DNA from: Desulfobacteraceae bacterium | GTDB lineage: Bacteria; Desulfobacterota; DSM-4660; Desulfatiglandales; HGW-15 | Length of the DNA: 34,799 nt | Direction of reading: 5' to 3' | Assembly (NCBI GenBank): GCA_050124735.1 | Contig: JASFEQ010000002.1 | Coordinates: 1-34,799 of the forward strand | Part shown: positions 28,460-34,799 of the stretch, piece by piece | How the letters are laid out: each line of letters begins with the position of its first letter | How positions within the stretch are numbered: position 1 is the stretch's first letter | Translations under genes and position numbers: made by a program | Notes under the pieces: model-generated | What the model was told of the DNA's origin: nothing | Databases searched by the model: none | Seen by the model: only the letters and a program-made list of their open reading frames with translations

Positions 28460-29335
28460 CTAATTGTTATCTACCATCAATGAGAGGGATATGGTGGTCT
28501 GATCTTCAGCACTCCTCCTTGAGAGGATTTCCCGGATGACTTCATTACTCCCTTGCCCATGACCACCTATGGTTACCCACTGTCCTTTTGAGACGGATAC
28601 TCTGGTTGAGGCCTCTGACAAACGGATGACGCCTTTTTCTCCCGGCTCCTTATAGGAAACTCTCGGGATGATCTCTATGTGCACACGCTCTTTCGTGACA
28701 ACGGGCCTCACCTCCATACCTGTCTCCATATGCTGAAAGTCCGCTTTCTTTACAGAACGTGCATATCGCCGGCACAAATACCCCCATCTTTCTGTATAGG
28801 GGATCTCTGTTCCCACCCGGATGTAGGCTGCATCCCCGGAAAGGACACGCACAAATGATTCGGAGCTCTGTGCCACACTCCCCCTCCTGTCCTGTGCGCG
28901 CACATGCACGCCTTCCTTCTTGCTGCCCCTTCCTACCGAGACAGACCAATTATCCCCTGAAACCTTGCCAGATGTAGAAATATCCCTGTTTTTTGAAATG
29001 CCTGTCTGCTGAAACCTGAATCGAATGGTGACCTGCTCTACGGGTTTGTCGATATGGGCCAAAAAATCACGAATCTTCTTCACCGAAGCGCTATCGTCTG
29101 ATACCACAATGGTGTTTGTACGCACATCAACGGTAGCCCTGCCCTGTGGTGAAAGCAGCGTCTCCACCATGGGCAGCACTCCAGAAGCATCTCTAAAATT
29201 GACGCTTATCACGGCTGTCTCTGCCAGGCATGTGTTTTGAGGAATGATATGAGAAAAGATCAGAAGAATGAGAAAAGCAAGTAATGCTTTTCTGCCATGC
29301 ACGAGTACATTCCTTTGGGAGACCAAAATCAACAT
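28460..29335 (-). CDS. Secretin N-domain (NolW-like) containing exported protein
   Basis: Signal-like N-terminus, LLSPQGRATVDVRTNTIVVSD..IRDFLAHIDKPVEQV, G..AYIRVG.EIPY, TGMEVRP. Confidence 0.75.
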   Translation of the reverse strand: MLILVSQRNVLVHGRKALLAFLILLIFSHIIPQNTCLAETAVISVNFRDASGVLPMVETLLSPQGRATVDVRTNTIVVSDDSASVKKIRDFLAHIDKPVEQVTIRFRFQQTGISKNRDISTSGKVSGDNWSVSVGRGSKKEGVHVRAQDRRGSVAQSSESFVRVLSGDAAYIRVGTEIPYTERWGYLCRRYARSVKKADFQHMETGMEVRPVVTKERVHIEIIPRVSYKEPGEKGVIRLSEASTRVSVSKGQWVTIGGHGQGSNEVIREILSRRSAEDQTTISLSLMVDNN

Positions 29336-29516
29336 AGAAGACAGCCACTCTTTCCAGATGGCGAATTTCTCTCGAATATACAGTATATTAGGTTAAGTCG
29401 AATGGACTGTAAAGGGAAAAGTCTTTAGCGGTCTGGTTTCCTGGTGACGTCGTCATCTTATTTTGATAAGGTCCTATTACGATAATAATCTGCATTCCTT
29501 TTGAATTCCCACTATG

Positions 29517-29621
29517 CACCGCAGAGCCGCCAGTGGTCGCCAAAACTATGGCAAGGCAACGATGACGGCAAATGGAAAGCAAAAAGAGATAAGCCTCAGC
29601 GCTCTCAGCGCCTTTGCGGTG
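29517..29621. repeat. Degenerate CACCGCAGAG 9-mer inverted element
   Basis: caccgcagag ... ctcagcgctctcagcgcctttgcggtg; resembles 14227 termini. Confidence 0.6.
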
Positions 29622-29648
29622 AATAAAATCACATTTGGACATATTGCC

Positions 29649-30884
29649 ATGAATGCGACTCCCCATACCCCCACCTGTGAAATTGTGACCATAGGCAGTG
29701 AACTCCTGTTAGGTCAGATCATGGACACCAACACTTCCTATCTGGCCCAAGAGTTGGGGCGAATCGGCGTGACCACTCGTTTTCGCACATCTGTTGGGGA
29801 TAGGCAGGAGGAGATCAGCCAGGTCATTCGGAGCGGCGTTGAGAGATGTGACATGGTCGTGACCACTGGGGGTCTTGGACCCACGCTGGATGATCTAACC
29901 CGCGAGGCGGTGGCAAGGGTGGCAGGGGTGAACCTGGAGTTCAAACAGGATCTCATGGACCTGATAGAAGAATTCTTCCAGCGCGCCGGTTACAAGATGC
30001 CCGAGAATAATCGGAAACAGGCCTATGTACCAGAGGGCAGCCAAGTTATTCTCAACCCAGTGGGAACAGCCCCCTGTTTTATCGCAGAGGCGGATGGAAA
30101 GCCTATCATTTGCCTTCCAGGCGTTCCCAGGGAGCTCAAGTATTTGTGGGATCGGGAGATTTCGGCCTGGATCCGGAAAAGATTTGGGCTTACAGATCAA
30201 AAGATCACTTACAGGGTCCTAAAAGTGGTGGGGCTCGGTGAAAGCGGCGTAGACCGATTGATCGGCGACCTCATGGGCGTGGGGAAAAACCCGGAAGTGG
30301 GGTTGTTGGCTTCTTCAGGTGAGATCAAGGTCCGCATAACGGCCACCGCACGAGACGATATGGAGGCCAAAGGGCTAATTCGACCTGTTGAAGAGGAGAT
30401 TCGATCCCGCCTGGGAAAAAAGATCTATGGGATTGACGATGAGACGCTGGAAGGTGTCATTGATTCCATGCTCCTCCAAAAAGGATTGACCCTTGCCATT
30501 TTGGAGACATTCACGGCTGGGCTGGCCGCGCAGAGGCTGTACCGAATTCCATCATCCCAGTTACTGGACAGCCGAGTTATCCCTGATCAAGAGCAGCTGC
30601 TAAGGCTATTGGGTAAGAGTAGCGGGTCGCTGGACATTAAGACTGCATCGACCCTTGCCCGAAAGCTGAGGGAGATGACGCAGGCGCATGTGGGACTTTC
30701 TATAGTCGGTCATCTAGAAAAAAACAAGGGGAGCTCTGGGATGGATGGTTTTGCCGCTGCCATTGGGGATGGGTTTGAAAAGTATTTTTCATGGCAGATG
30801 GGCGGCCACTTCCGCACCCTTCAAGAACGGGGCGCCGTGATCGGCCTCAATACTTTGCGCCTCGCCCTCCTTGAAACACGATAG
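29649..30884 (+). CDS. cinA: CinA-like protein (molybdopterin-binding domain plus degenerate PncC domain)
   Basis: IGSELLLGQIMDTNT, TGGLGPTLDDLTRE, NPVGTAP, LPGVPRE; start moved to ATG 29649. Confidence 0.9.
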   Translation: MNATPHTPTCEIVTIGSELLLGQIMDTNTSYLAQELGRIGVTTRFRTSVGDRQEEISQVIRSGVERCDMVVTTGGLGPTLDDLTREAVARVAGVNLEFKQDLMDLIEEFFQRAGYKMPENNRKQAYVPEGSQVILNPVGTAPCFIAEADGKPIICLPGVPRELKYLWDREISAWIRKRFGLTDQKITYRVLKVVGLGESGVDRLIGDLMGVGKNPEVGLLASSGEIKVRITATARDDMEAKGLIRPVEEEIRSRLGKKIYGIDDETLEGVIDSMLLQKGLTLAILETFTAGLAAQRLYRIPSSQLLDSRVIPDQEQLLRLLGKSSGSLDIKTASTLARKLREMTQAHVGLSIVGHLEKNKGSSGMDGFAAAIGDGFEKYFSWQMGGHFRTLQERGAVIGLNTLRLALLETR

Positions 30885-30946
30885 GGGTCAGGCCTACATT
30901 CTTGACAGATGTCATGTCCTGTCAAGAGTGTAGGCCTGACCCCTAT
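30881..30946. repeat. 66-bp near-perfect palindrome between convergent genes
   Basis: 28-nt arms ataggggtcaggcctacattcttgacag / ctgtcaagagtgtaggcctgacccctat, one mismatch, 10-nt loop. Confidence 0.92.
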
Positions 30947-30950
30947 ATCT

Positions 30951-31457
30951 TTAGATTTCGCAACTGTCGAAGTCCTGCTGACAAGCCTTCTCCTTGGTCT
31001 TCTCCTGAAGTCGCATTTCCCTCCTCGCCTTGGCCTCACGGTTTCGCCTTGTCTCTTCCTCTGATTCCAGTATCAGCGGTGGTATTTCTTTGGGCCGACC
31101 GTTTCCATCCAGCGCAACAAAGGTCAGATAGGCCGAAGCCGTGTGACGAACCTGACCGGTGATCACATCCTCGGTCTCGGCCCGGACACCAATCTCCATG
31201 GAAGTTCTCCCCACATAATTGATGCTCGCTCTAAGCGTAAGGAGATTTCCCACAAAAACGGGATGATGAAAATCAAGCCTGTCAATGGAAGCGGTGACGC
31301 AGTTAGAGCGTGCATGACGGGCTGCCACAAAACCCGCAGCCGTATCCACATGTTTCATGATGACGCCACCGTGAACATTTCCCGCTATGTTTGCATCCTG
31401 GGGTAACATGACATGTGAGATGGCGATCCCACTTTCTTTGACTCTTTTTCCCTCCAT
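30951..31457 (-). CDS. Acyl-CoA thioesterase (YciA-like hotdog)
   Basis: PQDANIAGNVHGG..MKHVD, VTASID, GRTSMEIGV, YLTFVALD; start moved to ATG 31457 behind GAGGAGG. Confidence 0.93.
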   Translation of the reverse strand: MEGKRVKESGIAISHVMLPQDANIAGNVHGGVIMKHVDTAAGFVAARHARSNCVTASIDRLDFHHPVFVGNLLTLRASINYVGRTSMEIGVRAETEDVITGQVRHTASAYLTFVALDGNGRPKEIPPLILESEEETRRNREAKARREMRLQEKTKEKACQQDFDSCEI

Positions 31458-31541
31458 TCTTGCCTCCTCGTTAAGGAAAAATAAGATAGTTAAAAGATAA
31501 GTCAATGTACATTATTTTCTCGGAGCAACTCTGAATTTAAT

Positions 31542-31725
31542 TAGACAGGATAGACAGGATTGACCTGATATTCTTTGTCCTTTTGTCCTTCCCGCCTGCC
31601 TCGCCACAAGGCTCTCAAAGCTATTAACATTTCTTTGACACAGGTTCTGCTCCGCAGAACACACAGATTTCACCCGCCGTCGCTGAAGCTATGGCGGGTG
31701 TTTTCTTTTTTTCGTGTTTTCGTGA
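31542..31725. repeat. Cluster of repeat remnants
   Basis: gacaggata gacaggatt gacctgata 9-mers; ccgccgtcgc-tgaa-gctatggcgg hairpin; ttcgtgtt ttcgtgat. Confidence 0.6.
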
Positions 31726-31799
31726 TTAAGAAGCCTTTCTGAAGTTCTCGTCCAGTGGGTGTATGGTCAAAATTAACCCGGAGAGGTTTCCATTCCGGA

Positions 31800-31871
31800 T
31801 TATGTCTAAAATGACATAACCAATGAATATCATTGTTCTTCCTTGACATTTTAGATGGCGGCGAGTATTCA
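31800..31871 (+). promoter_or_regulatory. Candidate aor promoter with two upstream palindromes
   Basis: TTATGTC-N6-GACATAA (31800-31819), CAATGA-N3-TCATTG (31821-31835), TTGACA (31843-31848); -10 weak. Confidence 0.55.
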
Positions 31872-31994
31872 TAATTTTTTAGGTTTAAGAGCAACCTTCC
31901 CACCTAGCGGAAGGACAGATATTGCTCCAAATTGCCACGTAAAACAAGGCATCAAACACCTTTATAGTAAACACTTGGGGAAAGGAGGAGGTTT

Positions 31995-33731
31995 ATGGAC
32001 AAGATTTTAAGGATCAATATGGGGCCTGAAGGTGAGCCCAAGGTGAGTGAGGAGCCGCTTGGGGATTATGCCGGTTTGGGGGGAAGGGCGCTGACTTCAG
32101 CGCTTGTGGCCAAAGAAGTCCCCCCATTGTGTCATCCGCTTGGAGAGAATAACAAGCTGGTTATCGCCCCTGGCCTGTTGAGCGGGACCGCTGCGGCCAT
32201 GTCTGGACGACTCTCAGTGGGCTGTAAGAGTCCCCTGACCGGCGGCATCAAAGAGGCCAACGCCGGAGGTCAGCCCTCGCAGACGCTCGCCAGGTTGGGT
32301 TATGCTGCCATAGTCCTGGAAGGAAAGCCTAAAGATGACACCCTGTACAAAGTGCTCATCAACAAGGACGGCGTTCAAATAGCTGCTGATAACAATCTCT
32401 GCATGTTGGGCAATTATGACCTTGTGGAGAAAATGAAAGGGGAGTACGGGGACAAGATAGCCTGTATCTCCATTGGGCCCGCAGGTGAAATGAAGATGGC
32501 CGCCGCCTCTGTAGCGTGCACGGACATGGAACTTCGGCCAACCCGTCATGCGGGTCGAGGTGGTGTGGGAGCGGTCATGGGCGCCAAGGGCGTCAAGGTC
32601 ATTGTGCTCGATGATGCGGGGAAAAAAATGAGAAGTCCAAAAGACACTGAGAAATTCAAGGCAGCAACTAAAGAGTGGGTTGATGGCCTGAAAAAACATC
32701 CGGTCAGCGGTGAGGGACTTCCTGCTTACGGAACCAACGTCCTGACCAATGTTATCAATGAGGCCGGGTCATACCCAACCCACAATTTCCTCTGGGGCCG
32801 CTTTGACGGGTGCGAAAAGATCAGCGGTGAGACCCAGGCAGAAACCGAGACATCTCGCGGCGGCAGTGCCACCCATGGATGTCACCGAGGCTGCATCATC
32901 AGGTGCTCTGGCATCTACGTGAATAAGGATGGCCATTACATCACCAAACAACCTGAATACGAGACGGTCTGGGCCCATGGCGGAAATTGCGGTATTAACG
33001 ACCTGGATGCCATTGCCCAGCTGGACCGATTAGATGATGATTACGGTCTGGATACCATTGAGATGGGAGCCACCATTGCAGTCGCCATGGAGGCAGGAGT
33101 CGCCAAGTTCGGAGATGCAAAGGCGGCCATCAATCTGGTGAAAGAGGTGGGCAAGGGAACCCATTTAGGACGCATATTGGGCAACGGAGCTGCGGTAACG
33201 GGTAAGGTCTTTGGCGTGGAAAGGGTTCCTGTGGTGAAGGGACAGGCCATGCCTGCCTACGATCCAAGGGGGATCATGGGCATCGGTGTGACTTATGCCA
33301 CCAGCACCATGGGCGCCGATCACACGGCCGGGTATGCGGTGGCGACCAATATTATGAACGTGGGGGGAAGTCTGGATCCCTTGAAACCCGAGGGACAGGT
33401 GGAACTCTCCAGAAATCTCCAGATTGCCACGGCGGCTGTTGACTCCACGGGCATGTGCCTCTTCGTCGCCTTTCCTGCCCTGGACCAGCCCGAGACGTTC
33501 CAAGCCCTGATCGACATGATCAATGCCTTTTATGGTCTGGAATTGACCGGCGACGATGTGACCGAATTGGGAAAATCGGTCCTCAAAAACGAAAGGGAAT
33601 TCAACATCAAGGCGGGCTTTACTTCCGAGCACGACCGGTTGCCCGATTTCTTCAAGAACGAGGCCCTGCCGCCCCACGATATCACCTTCCAGGTCAAGGA
33701 TGAGGATCTAGATCAGCTCTTTAACTGGTAG
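31995..33731 (+). CDS. aor: Aldehyde:ferredoxin oxidoreductase (tungstopterin family)
   Basis: KSPLTGGIKEANAGG, IGPAGE, GRGGVGAVMGAK, Fe-S Cys in GCHRGCIIRC and DSTGMC, EYET, DDYGLDTI; AAGGAGGAGG ribosome-binding site. Confidence 0.95.
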   Translation: MDKILRINMGPEGEPKVSEEPLGDYAGLGGRALTSALVAKEVPPLCHPLGENNKLVIAPGLLSGTAAAMSGRLSVGCKSPLTGGIKEANAGGQPSQTLARLGYAAIVLEGKPKDDTLYKVLINKDGVQIAADNNLCMLGNYDLVEKMKGEYGDKIACISIGPAGEMKMAAASVACTDMELRPTRHAGRGGVGAVMGAKGVKVIVLDDAGKKMRSPKDTEKFKAATKEWVDGLKKHPVSGEGLPAYGTNVLTNVINEAGSYPTHNFLWGRFDGCEKISGETQAETETSRGGSATHGCHRGCIIRCSGIYVNKDGHYITKQPEYETVWAHGGNCGINDLDAIAQLDRLDDDYGLDTIEMGATIAVAMEAGVAKFGDAKAAINLVKEVGKGTHLGRILGNGAAVTGKVFGVERVPVVKGQAMPAYDPRGIMGIGVTYATSTMGADHTAGYAVATNIMNVGGSLDPLKPEGQVELSRNLQIATAAVDSTGMCLFVAFPALDQPETFQALIDMINAFYGLELTGDDVTELGKSVLKNEREFNIKAGFTSEHDRLPDFFKNEALPPHDITFQVKDEDLDQLFNW

Positions 33732-33749
33732 GTCTTAATTTTACTTTAT

Positions 33750-33782
33750 GAATGGGGAGACCCAGTCGAGGTCTCCCTATTC
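33750..33782 (+). terminator. Hairpin downstream of aor
   Basis: gaatggggagacc-cagtcga-ggtctccctattc; weak U-tail. Confidence 0.55.
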
Positions 33783-33799
33783 TATTACAGGGGTAGAAA

Positions 33800-34405
33800 T
33801 TGTCTACAGAATCATCTGGCACAGAACTTCATTTGCACTTGGAGGAGAGCCTGATCCCCAGCTTTTTTCAACTCCTCCAAAAGGGTTTCAGGGTGAAAAT
33901 TCAGGCAGGCTGTAGCGTCAAATCATTCCTATGCGAGCAACTGGGTCTGAGTCCTGAATATGTGGAAAAAAGAATTCAGACCCTATTTCTAGATGGAAAG
34001 CCTGTCGATGATAAGGATTCCGCAACGATCAGGGATGGTTCGACGCTAGCCCTCTCTGCAGCCATGCCGGGACTGGTAGGCGCCGTTTTGCGTAGTGGCG
34101 GTTTTTTTGCCTCCATGCGCAGCACAATTTCTTACAGGGAAGAAGAGAAGGTGGAACGCCCTCAGCAAGGCATGGTTTCATTGAAACTCTTCAATATTCT
34201 ACTTAGAGAGATTGGCCCCGCTTTTCTTGAGAGAGGCATTTGGATCCGGGGAAAAGACCTGCAAAATTTCATTGAAGGGCATTCGGATGATTTCTGGGCT
34301 GGATGCAAAAAGGCCACTGTGGATGGCAAAGAATGGGATTTGAAGAAGCTTTCAAGAATTAAATGGGCAGCTAAAGACGTATTTCTACGCCTCAAGGTCA
34401 ACTAA
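33800..34405 (+). CDS. Hypothetical protein with internal MoaD/ThiS-like segment
   Basis: 201 aa, TTG start; SVKSFL..LGL..LFLDGKPVDD..IRDGSTLALS resembles a beta-grasp fold. Confidence 0.75.
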   Translation: MSTESSGTELHLHLEESLIPSFFQLLQKGFRVKIQAGCSVKSFLCEQLGLSPEYVEKRIQTLFLDGKPVDDKDSATIRDGSTLALSAAMPGLVGAVLRSGGFFASMRSTISYREEEKVERPQQGMVSLKLFNILLREIGPAFLERGIWIRGKDLQNFIEGHSDDFWAGCKKATVDGKEWDLKKLSRIKWAAKDVFLRLKVN

Positions 34406-34641
34406 CCACCTCCTACGGAAGGGAAAACGCCCACCCTATCCCCCTCCTTCAAGATATCCCCATCATTGGCATGAATCCCATTCAGGAATATCACTTTGAT
34501 ATCTTTTTTGGGCACCTTCAATTGTTGGAGAAGATCCCGGATAGTGGTCCCATCGCTCACCTCCATCGTCAAGGGGTTACCTCCTGTTTTTTCGGGCATG
34601 AAGGCTGCCAGCGAGGCATAGAGCCTAAGTTCAATCTTCAT
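34402..34641 (-). CDS. MoaD/ThiS-family sulfur carrier
   Basis: 79 aa, LRLYASL..TIRDLL..FLNG..LKEGDRVGVFPSVGGG with terminal GG. Confidence 0.93.
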   Translation of the reverse strand: MKIELRLYASLAAFMPEKTGGNPLTMEVSDGTTIRDLLQQLKVPKKDIKVIFLNGIHANDGDILKEGDRVGVFPSVGGG

Positions 34642-34675
34642 CTTTGAAAAACCTTAATGATTTCGATCAGATTAA

Positions 34676-34746
34676 TAAACTACCACCGACCTTGTCGGTG
34701 GTTTTCTGGGACAGCAACTCCTGACAATGTCATTCGCTGCTGTCCC
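34676..34746. repeat. Two adjacent hairpins upstream of moaD
   Basis: accaccgac-ctt-gtcggtggt (34682-34702); gggacagca..tgctgtccc (34708-34746). Confidence 0.7.
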
Positions 34747-34799
34747 TCCAAAGCCGTAGTTGTTCCTCACGGATTTGATTATCCTGTTGTTCTTTGACA

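Overview
Bacterial core-genome window, most likely Desulfobacterota/'Deltaproteobacteria' (inferred from the two atpF genes, the mreBCD-mrdA-rodA-bactofilin-atp order and an aldehyde:ferredoxin oxidoreductase). Left part, minus strand: mreB-mreC-mreD-mrdA-rodA-bactofilin-atpF'-atpF-atpH-atpA (partial). Divergent from it: rpmH-rnpA-yidD-yidC-jag-mnmE, with no dnaA or mnmG alongside. Then thiC, thiD, a YdcF-family gene, dtd, a B12-binding radical SAM gene, larB, a flavodoxin-like gene, trpS, an M1 aminopeptidase, a REP-flanked tyrosine transposase (RAYT-like), an lpd remnant, two thioesterases, rlpA, a secretin-N-domain gene, cinA, aor, a ubiquitin-like hypothetical and moaD/thiS. The proteins are mostly ordinary; the unexplained signal is non-coding. 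Most longer intergenic gaps carry inverted elements: (i) short tandem arrays of period 7, 8, 9 or 10 nt facing their own reverse complement, and (ii) 240-330 bp nested MITE-like palindromes. In three of the latter, stem mismatches are G-U compatible almost only on the strand antisense to the host operon. The one transposase in the window has a substituted HUH motif (QLH). No tRNA, rRNA or CRISPR array was seen. All assignments are by eye, without database searches.
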